A stretch of DNA of 64,000 nucleotides from IMG/VR virus record IMGVR_UViG_2721755646_000011. One strand, written 5' to 3'. The DNA is from a virus. Lineage: Duplodnaviria; Heunggongvirae; Uroviricota; Caudoviricetes. Position 1 is the first letter of the stretch; the number at the start of each line of letters is the position of its first letter. The translations under genes were made by a program, and so were the position numbers. The notes under the pieces are model-generated. The model ran no database searches. It had not been told where the DNA came from and saw only the letters and a program-made list of their open reading frames with translations. This document shows positions 22,637 to 35,138 of the stretch, in pieces.

Positions 22637-23236
22637 TCAGAAACGGTATCCGATACCAACAATAAATGCATCCGATCGCCAGTCGCCACTACCGGAACCT
22701 TCATAAGCAAGGTCAATGGTCACGGATTCGGTCGGGTTAAACTGCACGCCAGCCCCCCACGCCAGAGACGTGTTGCTGTGGCGACCGTCATCACTTCCGG
22801 TCAGCACATCGTGCGTTTTCCCCTTGTTGTCAGTTACGCGGAGATAATCCCCGTAGAAAGTCGACACACGGCTGTAAGCCACACCCGCCATCGCATACGC
22901 GCTGAACCATTCATTCACGCGTACAGACGGCCCCGCCATCACGCTGAACCAGCGGTTACGCACGGAATCTTCATGCCAGCGGGTATCGCTGTAGCGCGTT
23001 TTTTGCTCATCCTCAGCATTGGCATAACTGAAGGACGTAATCAGCCCCAGCGCGTCCATAAACTCATAACGGTATTTCACGTTAATCCCGTTCAGATCAT
23101 CACTACCGGGAACGTTCGTCGAGGCATGGAGATACCCCGCGCTCAGCGTGGACTGATGTTCTGCTGCACTCGCTGGCGTAGCAGCGGCGACCTGCCAGAC
23201 TACTGCGGACAAAATAACAGCACATAATTTACGCAT
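22637..23236 (-). CDS. lom: Lom/Ail-family outer-membrane protein
   Basis: 199-aa ORF with signal peptide and C-terminal beta-barrel signature ending GIGYRF; between J and the tail fibre as in lambda. Confidence 0.85.
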   Translation of the reverse strand: MRKLCAVILSAVVWQVAAATPASAAEHQSTLSAGYLHASTNVPGSDDLNGINVKYRYEFMDALGLITSFSYANAEDEQKTRYSDTRWHEDSVRNRWFSVMAGPSVRVNEWFSAYAMAGVAYSRVSTFYGDYLRVTDNKGKTHDVLTGSDDGRHSNTSLAWGAGVQFNPTESVTIDLAYEGSGSGDWRSDAFIVGIGYRF

Positions 23237-23303
23237 AATTACCTCTCGCTTTTCTGCAATAAAAAAGGCGCCATTTCTGGCGCCCGTATCTGGGTTATAA
23301 AAT

Positions 23304-26300
23304 TCAGCTAATCGTGATGCCTGCAGTGGCTTTCTTCATCACCACAACCAGCAAATCGCTGATACTTGCTGTGGGATACCAGTTATTTACCAGCCATGCT
23401 GACACCGAAAACTCCAGTGTCATGTGACCGTGACCGGCAGGCATATCAATAACACCACTGTAAATCAGCGTATTATCCAGCGCGGTACGGTTATAAATTT
23501 CAGCACCGTTTTTCCGCACTATCAGACGGCATGAGGAGTAAATATCAGTATGCTCTTTCTCATGTTTAGCGCCGCTGAATGCCACCGCCGGAATAACAAT
23601 CTGCCGGTCAAACGGCTGATCGTCATAAACCCTGACGGTAATGGTTCCTGATGGCCACCGCTCCGGTGCACGGGAGTCCCGGGGGAAAGCTTTGCCCACT
23701 GTTTTAACGAGATCGCCTTCAATCTGGTTCGCGGACAATTTTCCCAGAACCCGACAGTTCTCGTTAATCGTGACGTTGTTGAGCGTCCCGGAGTTCGCAT
23801 TCACGTTACCGCTGATATCGGCATTTTTCGCCGTCAGCCGCCCGTCCGGTGTCAGGGAAAATGCCGGAGGATTACCGCCGCTGGTAATGGTGGGAGCCGT
23901 CAGATATTTCAGGAACACTTCATTCATAAATATCTGATCGCCCTGACCAACAAACATCGGCTTTGTGTTGCCATTCGCAGGATTAATCATCGCAATCCTG
24001 TCTGCCGCCAGCAGCACCTGACTCTGCATTCCTGCTGGCGTATTCTCAATACCGGCACCGATACCCGCAATATAAAGGCGTCCGTCCTGCATCTGCTGCA
24101 GCTTCACTGCCCACATGCTGTTCAGGTTATTATTTGTATCAACCTGAACTTTCTGTATCTGCTGGATTGCCGCACTCTGATTTTCCAGTTTTTTATTGAC
24201 GGTCTGCGTGATTTCATTGCTGACATTCGTAATGGACGTCCTGATTTCAGCCAGGTCCGGCGCAAGCTGACCGTTATCAATCTGCGTCCACAGCTCCTGG
24301 GCCAGATGTGTTTTCCCGATTTCTCCTTTGAAAAAATCCAGGTAACCTTCCGCATCATCGCTCGCCCGACCGACAGCCTCCACGAATGCCGATTTGCCAA
24401 CAGTATTCACACTGCGGATATAAAAATAATAATCATGGCCCGGTTTGATATTGATACTGGCAGCTATCCAGTACAGCGCCGAGCCAAGATAGCGGGCTGC
24501 GGTTTCAACCTGCCTGATATCCGCAATCCGCTTTTCCGAGAACCAGAACTCAAACTGTACCGTCGGGTCATAAACGGCAAGATGCGGCGTGGCGGTTATC
24601 TGAAAATAGCCCGGCGTCAGCTCAATCCGCGACGGTGCTGCCGGTGCGGCAATCCGGAAGGTGGTGGTGGCAGGTTCACCCTGCTGGCCATAGCTGTTTA
24701 TCGCCCGCACCGTCAGGGTGTATTCCCCGAGCGGCAGGCCGCTGAAACGGTGCTCCGTGTCTGCGGTGATGGCGGTGGTCACCAGTCTGGCATCCGTTCC
24801 CTTACCACTGGTCAGGCGCAGACTGAAGCGCACGCCCTTCACCACCCGCGGCGTGTCCCATTTAGCCTGCGCCAGATACTGGCCGTCAGCTGCACTCACC
24901 TCCACCGTCAGGTGCTGTACTGCCGGTGGGATGACGCTGTTCAGGGAACCTGACTGCGGCTCAAAGCGGGCACCGTTATCCACGATGGCTTCTTTTTCCG
25001 GTACGTGCTGCACCGCCGTGATGGCAAAGGTGCCGTCCGTGTTTTCCCGGACGGAGACACAGCGGAACAGGCGACGGCGCAGTGACGGCAGGGAGAGTCC
25101 CCACACCCCGTATGTCTCCACACCATCAGGCAGGGTACTGACCTGTATCCGGTCCGGCGCGGGGTGTGCGGTGATGTCCACACTCACCGGCTTACCGCTG
25201 CCGTTAATCAGGTTCACCGTGGCGGCACCGGTCTCCGGCAGTGTCACCTCACGGTCCAGCGTCAGGGTGCGGCTGGCGGCATCGATGGACAGGACACGTC
25301 CGCCGGTCATGGTCCCGGCATAGTCGTTATCACAGATTTCAATAATGTCACCGGGTGTGTGACGCAGCCCCTGTGACCCGAGCGTGAAATCCACCGTCTG
25401 CGTTTCCAGCAGTCCGGTCTTTATCACCCACAGCCCGGCACGGTGGGCCTGACCGCGACTGGTGCAGCCGAACGCATCCATCTTCAGCAGGTTGCGTCCG
25501 TAGCGCAGTATGGCTTCCGGGTCTTCCACCAGTTCCGTGGAGGTCTGCCAGCCGTTCTGCGGGTCGGTGTAATTCACCTCCACCGCCGTGTGGCGGTCCT
25601 TCAGGGCGCTGAAGCTGTAGCGAAACCCCACGCCGTTATCATCCACCACCACATCACTGCTGGTGTAGGCCACACCACATCTGACGGACGGTCCTGCACA
25701 AACGTCAGCGTCTGCCCGTTCCATACCGGCATACAGCGCATCGCCGAGCAGAAATCACTGAGAACGTCCCACGCCTTACGCTGTTGTGACAGGTACGCAT
25801 TGAAAGTCATCCGCGGCTCTGTGCCCCCGAAACCATCCGGGACCGTCTGGTCGCAGTACTGCGCAATGGCATACAGCGCCCACTTGTCCACATCCGCCGC
25901 CCCCAGGCGTTTTCCCATTCCGTAGCGCGGGTGGGTCAGCATGTCCCACAGGCACCAGGCAGGGTTGTTGCTGTATGCCGGTTTCAGGCTGCCGTCCCAG
26001 ATGCCGCTGTACGTGCGTTTTTCCGGGTCATAGTTTGACGGTACCTGGATGATGCGACCGCGGATATGGTAGTTCACCGTCATCTGCTGACCGCCAAACT
26101 GCTCCGCATCCACCTGCAGCCCCACAATCGCCGTGTTCGGGTAGCACTGTTTCACATCGATGATTTCGGTGTATGACGACCAGAGCGTCTTATTCTGCAG
26201 CTGGTCCGAGGTGCTGTCCGCTGTCTCCCGGACCATCCGGATGTTAAAGGGCCGCTCAGGCAGATTATCCAGAATCACCGACGCCAGAAACTGCGAGGTG

Positions 26301-26776
26301 GTCTTGCCGTTAATGGTGACATCCTTTTCCGTCACCCAGTTACCGTTACGCTGCAACTGAATCAGCAGTCGGACAGAAGAGTGATTACGGTCGCCCTTTG
26401 AGGTGGTCTCCAACAGTGACTGCACCCCGAAGGTGACCCGCAGGCGGTCAATGTTCGCGGACGTAATGGTGCGCGTCACCGGTTTTGCCTTCGTCACTTC
26501 CACGCCCAGTCCGGTTTCAGCTCCGGAGGACTCAAAGCCTTCCGGTGGTGTCTGCTCCTGCTCCCCGGCACGCCAGACCGCGGTCACACCGTGTATCACG
26601 GGATTGCCGTCCGTGTCCGTCAGTGGGGTTTTGTTCACCAGAATACTCTGCAGTCCCTTCACCGGACCTTCTATCGGTCCCTCACCAATCGCATCAATCA
26701 CACTCATCATCTGCGTGGATTTGAGATTATCCTTCGCCTCACGAGGCGTGTGTGCCTTACCGCCACCTTTTCCCAT
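23304..26776 (-). pseudogene. host-specificity protein J (central tail fibre), split by a 1-nt frameshift
   Basis: ORFs 25601-26776 (N-terminal part) and 23304-25724 (C-terminal part) are contiguous J sequence in two frames; shift near 25690 at GTGGTGTGG/CCTACACC. Confidence 0.8.
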
Positions 26777-27118
26777 ACAGCCTTCCCCTGAATAAATTAA
26801 CCGCCACTTGCCATTCCGTACAGAAGTCGGATATCCTTCGCCCGAAAAGCATGAAACACATTTCTGCCATGCTAAAGAGAACCCCCGGTATCAGCAGATA
26901 CCGGGGTTTTCTTTCATGCCCACCGATAATCCTGTTGGTTAAAACCGGTAATGGCATAAAAATTCTGAATATCTTCACATTTTCACACACTGACTGTGGC
27001 GCTTATAATTTCGCTGCGTTAGTGTTTTTTTGCCCGAGTAACAAAAACAACTCCTTAACATTGATCTTCATTTGTCTGTCCCCGCAGCTCCGCGATCACT
27101 GCGGGATTTTTTTATGTT

Positions 27119-27799
27119 TTATCCCTGTCGCCCGACAACCACGACCGTTCCGCCCCCGCCTTCATCACGGGTGCTGATGTCCTGGGATATACGGCGGGAG
27201 CCAACCAGCATTTCCCCGTAAGGCACCGGCATCGGGTTCCCCTGGGCAATCATGTTATCCAGCGAGGAAAAGTACGTGTTCTGTCTGCCGTTATCCGTTG
27301 CGCGGTAATCCGGTGTTTTTGCCTTCGGGGCCAGCATCTGGGCCACACCGCCCAGAATCATGCTGGCTCCAAGTGAAAACAGCATCGTGGTGGCAGAAAA
27401 ACCACCGGCTGCCAGGGCTGAACCCCATAACGCCATTGATGCCCCGGCAGTGAAGAAAGAGCCCACGATGGCTGCCGCCCCCAGCACAATCTGCAGTCCA
27501 CCCTTTCCGGCCCCGGCCAGTCGCGGCACAATATGGATGACCGTTCCCTCACCCAGCTGTTCGTGAAGACGGGCGTACACCGCCTCCGGTGCCGTGTCAT
27601 AACCGGCAATACGTATCTGGTACCAGCCTTCGTTCATCTGACGGCGAAAGCCCGGCACCTGTAACGACAGCGCCCGGATGGCTTCCGCTGCCGTGTTCAC
27701 ATACAGGCTGAGGCGGCGGCCAAATCGTTGTAAATCCCCGTGAAGGCAGATACGTGCCAGTGGCGGTGACGCCAGGCTGAATGCGTTCGTCGTTGCCAT
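27119..27799 (-). CDS. tail assembly protein I
   Basis: 226-aa ORF with gpI-like sequence and hydrophobic C-terminal half, between K and J. Confidence 0.75.
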   Translation of the reverse strand: MATTNAFSLASPPLARICLHGDLQRFGRRLSLYVNTAAEAIRALSLQVPGFRRQMNEGWYQIRIAGYDTAPEAVYARLHEQLGEGTVIHIVPRLAGAGKGGLQIVLGAAAIVGSFFTAGASMALWGSALAAGGFSATTMLFSLGASMILGGVAQMLAPKAKTPDYRATDNGRQNTYFSSLDNMIAQGNPMPVPYGEMLVGSRRISQDISTRDEGGGGTVVVVGRQG

Positions 27800-28440
27800 T
27801 TTTCGGAATACCTCTCCCGTTTACTCAGTTGTTCAGGCAGATGGTGAAGCAGTTCACCGTTGCCGCAGTATATGGCGGCATGATTGGCCACCGATGCGCC
27901 AAAGCAGCACAGCAGGATATCGCCAGGCTGTGCGGAAGGCAGGGAAATCCTGTAAAAACCAGTCGCCTCCATATTGTCCAGGTACAGGTTCTGACCATTG
28001 CGCCACCAGTCATCCTCACGCTCAAAATCCGGCATATCAGTCCCCGCCAGATGATAAGCATCCCGGAACAGCGTGTAACAGTCCGTCACCCCGTGCTCAA
28101 AGCGCCGTCCTGTCAGATGTGGCACACAGCGGAATTTGTGAATGTCACCCCGGCAGACCAGCCACCAGGGCAGTGCGCTTTTTATCTGCAGCCGCCGGTC
28201 GGCCTCGCTCAGCCAGGGCAGCCCACCGGGATGACTGTGGACCAGTGCCACAATCTCCCCCTGCATCTCTGCCCGCAGCCAGTCTTCCGGTGCGATACGA
28301 AAATACGCCTCCGGCTCTGCAGAAATATTCACACAAGGGATATACCACTCCCCCTCCGGCGTGCTTATCACGAAGCCGCACGACTCCGCAGGCGCACACC
28401 GCCGGGCATGCGCCAGAATCGCTGATTCAGTCTGTGTCAT
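27697..28440 (-). CDS. tail assembly protein K (JAB/MPN plus NlpC/P60 domains)
   Basis: Start MTQTESAILAHARRC ... with HSHP metal-binding motif of the JAB domain; track ORF extends spuriously upstream. Confidence 0.75.
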   Translation of the reverse strand: MTQTESAILAHARRCAPAESCGFVISTPEGEWYIPCVNISAEPEAYFRIAPEDWLRAEMQGEIVALVHSHPGGLPWLSEADRRLQIKSALPWWLVCRGDIHKFRCVPHLTGRRFEHGVTDCYTLFRDAYHLAGTDMPDFEREDDWWRNGQNLYLDNMEATGFYRISLPSAQPGDILLCCFGASVANHAAIYCGNGELLHHLPEQLSKRERYSEKWQRRTHSAWRHRHWHVSAFTGIYNDLAAASACM

Positions 28441-28450
28441 AAACCGGGAT

Positions 28451-29149
28451 TTACTGCGAAAGTTTATTAATGGAAAGGAAACCGCCAAAATTAGCCACCA
28501 TGCTGCGCATCTCACACCCGCGCATGCACTTGCTGCATCTGTCCTTACGGATATCCGTGGTGGGGTTGTCGAACTCATCCGCCACTGCCCCGCCCGTGTA
28601 ACCACACTCATCAGAGCGGTAGGTCCACATACAGGTATTCGCCAGCATAATGCGACCGGGAAACAGCGCTCCGTCCGTCTCCGTCGGTGTTGCCAGCACA
28701 AACGAGGCTGTCATGGCCGTCAGCTCTGACATCTGCTCCACCACCCAGCGGTCTCTCAGCTCCTGCTCCGGGTCCGCTTCCGGATTGCCCGCCACAAAAT
28801 TCACCGCATCCAGAAAACGGGCATACACCCGGCGGCGGACCACCGTGGCACCCACCAGGCTCTGCAGGTCCTCCGCCATTCCGGTGACCAGACCGAACAG
28901 ATTCGACACCGTCAGCGACGGGCGGGCACTGCTGCCCTTCCCGTTCATCTCAAAGCCACTGCCGTCAATCGGGTATACCTGATATTGCCGCCCCTGCCAG
29001 GTGACCGCCTCCCCTTTTTCATTCAGCTCATTACAGAAAAAATACCGCTCACCGCCCTGCACCGTCAGGTCAATTTCCCAGAGCACCACCCGCGGTGACT
29101 GCTCTGATTTAACCGACTCGTTCAGACTTTCTTCATGAATGTCCTGCAT
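28451..29149 (-). CDS. minor tail protein L
   Basis: 232-aa ORF, gpL-like, four Cys near the C-terminus. Confidence 0.75.
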   Translation of the reverse strand: MQDIHEESLNESVKSEQSPRVVLWEIDLTVQGGERYFFCNELNEKGEAVTWQGRQYQVYPIDGSGFEMNGKGSSARPSLTVSNLFGLVTGMAEDLQSLVGATVVRRRVYARFLDAVNFVAGNPEADPEQELRDRWVVEQMSELTAMTASFVLATPTETDGALFPGRIMLANTCMWTYRSDECGYTGGAVADEFDNPTTDIRKDRCSKCMRGCEMRSMVANFGGFLSINKLSQ

Positions 29150-29490
29150 CAGTTCACCACCTGCTCAATCGTACAGCTGAAATCACTGTACCGGGCGTTA
29201 TCCGTGACGCTCCACTCCCGGCACACAACCCTCACCGTCCGGTTATGTTTCGGCGGTCGCCACAAAAAGGCACGGTAACCACCATGCCAGGATAAAAATT
29301 CATCCAGCCAGCGCCGGGTTGACTCATCCGTCACCCGGAACACCGCCTGAAACGTCTTCAGTTGAGGATTCAGCCCTGTGGGGCGGCGCTGTTCATAACC
29401 GTCACCAAACCGCACCCTCACCACCGACGGCTTCTCACTCACCTGCATCCCTTCACGCGGGACCAGATGCAGCGTTTTTATCTCAGCCAC
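29149..29490 (-). CDS. minor tail protein M
   Basis: 113-aa ORF, gpM-like, overlaps the L start codon. Confidence 0.75.
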   Translation of the reverse strand: MAEIKTLHLVPREGMQVSEKPSVVRVRFGDGYEQRRPTGLNPQLKTFQAVFRVTDESTRRWLDEFLSWHGGYRAFLWRPPKHNRTVRVVCREWSVTDNARYSDFSCTIEQVVN

Positions 29491-32400
29491 TCAGCATTCC
29501 TCCGTCACGTCGCATGGACAGCATCACCGCCTGCACCCGCTGGTCAATCAGCTGCACAAGACTGCCTGCCGCCTCCGGCCCTATCTGTCCGTTAGCCCCG
29601 TCATTCTGAATGGCGATGTGGTAGACCGGGGAATACACCAGACCAGCACTGCCGTTCATACTGCCCACGGCGCGTACGCCCAGCGAGCCATCCGCCGCCC
29701 GGGTCAGGGGCATAATAGCTTCAGGTCCGGCTTCCCCCATCAGCCCGGCCCCTTTTGCAAACGCAAAGTACGTGGGCGTGTCCACAATGCTGTTGCTGTA
29801 CGCGCTCAGGTTTGCCGAGGTATACACGCCGCCTTTTGCATTGGCCACCGCTCCGCCCAGCCAGTCACCAATGCTGCCGAGAAATCCTCCCGCACCGGAC
29901 ATACCGTTTGCCGCCGTCTTAATTCCGTTGACAATCGCGGCATTCATAAGAACTTTTGATATTTCCTGCAGCACTGATGAGGCCCAGCTGCGCCATTCCA
30001 CTTTATTTCCGTTCAGCATCTCCGTGATGTTATTCACCATCCCTGAGATACCCTCCGTCGCCAGCTGTGCTGCCTGTGAGGCGTAATCGGACGCATTATC
30101 CACCCAGTTACTGAATCCCTCCTGCAGCCCTTTCTGCCAGTCCGCACGCTGCACATCCGATTCGGCATAAAAGACTGCCTGGTCCTTAAGGCGTTCGCTC
30201 AGATACTGCGCGTTCTGTGCCAGAGCCTGTCTGTAAAAATCCTCACTGATATCCCCGGTCTGATACTGAGACTGAAGGTCCGCATCCTTCTGGCGGAAGC
30301 TGTCGCGGATCTGCTGCAACTCCCGCATGCGTTCTCTGGCTCGCTCCCCCTGCCCGTACCCCAGCAGTTCAGCATCATTCGACGCACGCGCAGCCGCATT
30401 CTCATTCTTCAGTGTCTCTTCCCGGGATCGCAACTGTTCCCGGATTTTTTGCTGGTCAATCAGGGTCGCGTTACGCAGCAGTTCCTGCTTCTGCATCTCC
30501 GTCAGGGTTTTCAGTTCACCCAGCGCTGTCTGGTATTTCAGCTTCGCCAGCTCTGTATTCTGCCCCACCAGTGCCAGTTGCTCTTTCTGCTGCTTCAGCA
30601 GCCGGGAAAAACTGTCTTCCGCTTTTTCCGTCTCTGATTTTCCACCCCGGGATTTGGGTTTATTCGCCTCGTTATTGCGCCAGGCTTCCAGGGCATTACT
30701 GATATAACGTTGTCTCGCCTCCTGATACGGATCACCCACAAAACCGAGGTCATCCGCCGCATACCCCAGTCGGACACGCTCTTTTTCTTCCCCTTTCAGT
30801 CTGGACAGGGCCAGCTCACGCTCTGTTTTTGTCAGGGCACTCTGCTGTTTATCATCCAGGGTGGCCTGCGGCAGCCGTAACGGTACATTCACCAGTCCCT
30901 GACGCTGCTGAAGCAGTTCATTCCCCAGCCCCAGCAGACGGTTGAATTCCGTATGCTGACCGTTCATAACCAGCATGGACTGGTACACCTTATTCTGCTC
31001 TGCGCCTGCTGAGCCCGGCAAGCACATCCTGAATGGACTGCGCTTTTTCCTGCATCTGTGCCAGACGGGACTGCTCAACGGCAAGCTGCTCTGTTGCCTG
31101 AGAAAGCCCTTCCGTTACGGTCTTCACCGATGTCAGATGGTTTATCATGAATCCGTCACCGGTCGTCCAGCCCGGGTTCGCCAGAACATACTGATATCCT
31201 GCGATTTTTTCCTGCAGGGATTTCACCCGACTGGCCTGTTCATCAATCAGCCGGTTCTGCTCTGTCAGCGCCGCCCGTGTTCGTCCTTCATTATCTGAGG
31301 CTTCAGGCAGAGACATTGACGGCGTTTTATGCGCGATTTCATCTATCGTCAGTGCATACTGGCGCGCAGACTCCCTGGCCTGCTCCTGATTCTGGTACAG
31401 CGTGTACCATGCTGCAGCCCCCAGCATCACCAGTCCGGGTACGCCACCAACCAGCCCCAGCGCACCGCTCATCAGACGTGAGCCCACCGCCGTTGTACTG
31501 TTCAGCGCATTCTGGGCGGCGGTTCTGGCAGCAATATTTCTGTTCAGGCGTTCCTGTGTGGCCGCCAGACGGGCCTCTGCTGCAATCTGCATCTCCGTCC
31601 CGCGGGCTGCCGCCACGGCCTGCTGAGCACGGTACACGGCTGCCCTTGCCCGCGCCGTGGCAATCTGCGTTCCCCTGAACTGTGCTTCCGCCAGTGCAAC
31701 TTCATTACGTGCAGCCGTCACAAGTCCTGCCGTGGCAGACATCGCTCCGGAGGCCATATTGCCAAAGTAACGTGCAACCCCGACGGCAACCAGCGCGCCC
31801 ACGGCTGTTGCCACATTATCAATCTGTCCGGCAACACCGTTCAGCATGCCGGAGAGCGTTTTTGTCACCCCGCTGGCCTCATTCGCACCGCCCACCCAGG
31901 CCATAAAGGCGTTTTCCACCTTCGTGATACTACTGGAAACCGTTTCCGGCATGGCCGCATATTCATCACGTAATATCCCCAGCTGGCTGATTAACGCGGG
32001 GACCACTTTATCCGCTGTCAGTTTTCCGTCATCCGCCATTGCCTTCAGATCTTTACGGGCCACGCCCATACCCGCAGCCAGTGCACGTACGATCCGGTCA
32101 CCACTTTCATTGACCGAATTAAATTCCTCACCGCGCAACACACCCTGTGCCAGCGCCTGGCTGAACTGGGTGATCACCGAACCCGCCTCAGCCGTACTGG
32201 CACCGGAGATTTTCAGCCCCGTGGAAATGGCCTCCGTCACCTTCAGTACATCACCGGCACTGTAACCATATTCACGCATCGAGGCAGCCGAACGGGCAAA
32301 CAGGGCCGCATTATCCGAAAATGCCGTGCCTGTCCGCTGGCTGATATCCATCAGCACTTTCTGTGATGACGAAAATTCATCGGATGACTGTGATGCCTGT

Positions 32401-32696
32401 TTCAGACGGGCATTTACGGAACTCCACTCATCCGCCAGTGAAATCAGGTGTCCGGAGGCAAAGGCACCGGCAAATGCGCCAGCCATTCCGACAGCAGAAC
32501 CGCGAATTTCCGTCAACTGGCTGTTCAGTTCTGCCAGGGCACGTCGCTGCTCCCGGGCTGCCGCAGCGGCCTGACGCCCGCCATTCTGCAGGGTCCGGTA
32601 ATATTCACTGCCCATACGGGACGCCCGCTGGATCTCCGACTGGAATGACTGTGAATTTGCCGAAATTTTGATAATCAGTTCACGTAACGTCGCCAT
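29483..32696 (-). pseudogene. tail tape measure protein, split into two frames
   Basis: ORFs 30990-32696 (568 aa) and 29483-31084 (533 aa) are both Ala/Gln-rich coiled-coil tape-measure sequence and overlap by about 95 nt in different frames. Confidence 0.7.
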
Positions 32697-32699
32697 TCA

Positions 32700-33700
32700 C
32701 CTTTCTCCGGGCAAAAAAAAACCTGCCACAGCAGGTTTTCATCATTATTTATGACATTGCTGCAGGCTACGCGTCTTCCAGCGCCGCAAACGGATCCACC
32801 TCCGGCTTATCCTCATCCTCGCCCCAGCAGAGCATGGCGTCCTTCAGTGCAACATTCATCCCTGTGCCCCGAAAACCGCTTTCACGATCTGTGCATTACG
32901 GATATCCCGCGCTCATCACCCAGCGGGATACCCTGTCGAACTCCATCCACATCATCGCCTCGCTCGCATCAGGCTGTCCGCAGTTCGGATAGGTCGCCCC
33001 GACAGCGCAATCATCAGCGAATTCCGGCGGCTACTTCTGGCCGACTCGCATCACGATCAGCTGCCATACGCGCACCGGCTGTCCGCATCGACTGCAACGG
33101 CATTCCCATGACGGCACGTTCACAGGTCGCCCAGCAGCGCAGTCCGCAGCAAACGCGACATTTCCTGCGCATTCGGCACCTTCACCGTTTTCACTGACGG
33201 AACCGGCAGTCGGCCAGCGCCAGTGTCAGTCGCCATAACTATCCGCGCACCATTCCGTTACTGACACGCATCAGAGGTAATGCTTCGCGGCTTTCTGCGA
33301 CCACCCGCAGGTATAGCCCTTATCACCTGACGCAGCTTACTGCACAGTGTCCAGGCTGACAGCTCTATCCACGCTGCATTCTCATTCCGGACGCGTTTAT
33401 CGCCCCACGTCTGACCACGCTGATCGACTTTGCATGCCATGCGCACCACCGGTATTCACGGTAAGTGCTCTCCAGATTTTTCACAAACGCCAGCGGTACC
33501 ATAGGACACCGGTTTACCCTTCAGGCGAAGTGAAAACGTTGCAGCACCACGCGTTGTCCATGACCAGGTGTCTGACGCACTTCCGCCAGGCTTAAAGCCC
33601 TTACCGGACGGAAACTGCACTTAAACGCACCGGTACACCGTGTCTTCTCAGATACCGGCTACCATCGCAGGCGGCCTGAGGCGTTGGGCCTGATTCAGAT
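32700..33700 (-). other. degraded region where major tail / tail chaperone (V, G, G-T) genes are expected; no intact ORF
   Basis: About 1 kb between tape measure and the U-like gene with stops in every minus-strand frame; only short fragments such as MNVALKDAMLCWGEDEDKPEVDPFAALEDA. Confidence 0.45.
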
Positions 33701-33705
33701 AAAAA

Positions 33706-33936
33706 TTACCCCGACATGGAAATCTCGGACGACGCCCCCAGACCGTTGATGTTCTCCTGCTCTGTGGAGCAGAGCGTGGTCACATCAATATCCTGTTTCT
33801 GACCGGCGGTGAACTGGACTTCCTTGATGGTGCAGTCCAGGCGCAGATATTCCGCCTTCTCCATGGTTTCAGCAGTCGCCGGGGCAGATGAAATCATCAC
33901 CTGCGTCAGCTGTGAACGTTCATACAAAGCAGACAT
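33706..33936 (-). CDS. hypothetical 76-aa protein (possibly a truncated major tail protein)
   Basis: AGGAGG RBS plus ATG directly after a GC hairpin with T-run; too short for an intact major tail protein. Confidence 0.35.
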   Translation of the reverse strand: MSALYERSQLTQVMISSAPATAETMEKAEYLRLDCTIKEVQFTAGQKQDIDVTTLCSTEQENINGLGASSEISMSG

Positions 33937-33994
33937 TCTGCCTCCTGATAATAAAAAACCCGCACGCGGCGGGTTATGGGTTCTGTTGAAAAAA

Positions 33995-34339
33995 TTACAC
34001 CGTGACCTGAAACTCCAGGGTTGCACGGTAACAGCGGTTTTCCGGAATATAGTCCTGCATTTCACTGACGGATCCCGGGGCCAGCAGCATTATGGCTTCA
34101 CGGGCGTCCTGACGTATCTGACGCGCCTGCGTCACAGTCCCGGCATAAACGTCTATCTGCACCGACACTGAGGACTCCGCCTGCCCGCCCATCACGTCCG
34201 CCGACACCGATGAAATCAGGCTGAAAACCACCCACGGAAGCGCCACCGACGGCCTGCCATCCAGCAGGGGGACCACATACGGGTACACCTGCCCGCCGGC
34301 AAGATGCGCCAGATGAGGATACAAATCCGCCTCCGTCAT
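33995..34339 (-). CDS. tail terminator (gpU-like) protein
   Basis: 114-aa ORF with DGRP motif and pattern resembling lambda gpU; position before the tail tube region. Confidence 0.5.
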   Translation of the reverse strand: MTEADLYPHLAHLAGGQVYPYVVPLLDGRPSVALPWVVFSLISSVSADVMGGQAESSVSVQIDVYAGTVTQARQIRQDAREAIMLLAPGSVSEMQDYIPENRCYRATLEFQVTV

Positions 34340-34782
34340 CGTCTCAGTACCTCATCAATGGCCCGGTTCATCCGAGCAATCGCCACCTGTGCCGCCTGTT
34401 CACTGCGCACATCAAATGCCGGGCGCACAAACGGGTGCGGTGGCATATTCACGGTCCCCATTTCCACAAACCGCCAGTAGAAAGCATTGCGCGGGTTATC
34501 CGCCTTCATGGTGTTATCGCTGTTACCGGTGTCCGGATTAACACCCCGGATATGCACACCGGATTCCATCCCGCCATCGCGGGAGCACCGGGAAAGGACC
34601 ACCACATTGCGGCGAAGTTTTCCCCTGCGTACCGGTGCCCGTGACACCACTTCTTCTTTCAGCACATTCGCACCCGCACGGGTTGCCTCACGCAGCACCC
34701 GGTTATTTTCCGCACCACTCAGAAGCTGCAAATCGCGGCTGATGTCCTCCAGCCCCGAAAAATCCAGCAGGGTTTCGATCAT
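34336..34782 (-). CDS. tail completion protein (HK97 gp10 / gpZ-like)
   Basis: 148-aa ORF, overlapping starts/stops with neighbours, typical head-tail module position. Confidence 0.45.
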   Translation of the reverse strand: MIETLLDFSGLEDISRDLQLLSGAENNRVLREATRAGANVLKEEVVSRAPVRRGKLRRNVVVLSRCSRDGGMESGVHIRGVNPDTGNSDNTMKADNPRNAFYWRFVEMGTVNMPPHPFVRPAFDVRSEQAAQVAIARMNRAIDEVLRR

Positions 34783-35129
34783 TTTTCCCCTCCCAGCCGA
34801 CAGAGAATTTCCAGACGCCCGCCGGTTGCATCCGGAACCGGGACCCCGACGACATTCAGGACATGGTCACGCCAGGGACCACTCAGCACATGAAGTCGTG
34901 ACGCCGCCGTGATTTCACGACCAGACTGACCGCGTACCCAGATGCGGATTTCCGCCTGCGCCATTTCCGCACCGGACTGCATCCGCTCCCGGCTGCTCCT
35001 GCCCCGGATATCCGCATGAATTTTCCCGCATGACACCCATTCTTCCGTCATTTCTCCGGCAGCATTACGGGTTAACACCGGGTTCAGAACACTGATCATC
35101 TGTGTCAGACGACCTGCAGATATTGCCAT
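34779..35129 (-). CDS. head-tail adaptor / head closure protein
   Basis: 116-aa ORF in the head-tail joining gene block. Confidence 0.45.
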   Translation of the reverse strand: MAISAGRLTQMISVLNPVLTRNAAGEMTEEWVSCGKIHADIRGRSSRERMQSGAEMAQAEIRIWVRGQSGREITAASRLHVLSGPWRDHVLNVVGVPVPDATGGRLEILCRLGGEK

Positions 35130-35138
35130 TCCCCCTCC

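Noticed and set aside
24306-28442. Several long plus-strand ORFs (24306-24953, 24718-25323, 27781-28425, 27894-28442) opposite J, I and K
   Set aside because: Antisense to recognisable tail genes, no RBS, biased composition; artefacts of GC-rich coding sequence on the other strand
27697-28701. 334-aa version of the K gene
   Set aside because: The upstream 87 codons overlap gene L in another frame and lack a start context; the RBS-preceded MTQTES start at 28440 gives a lambda-K-sized protein
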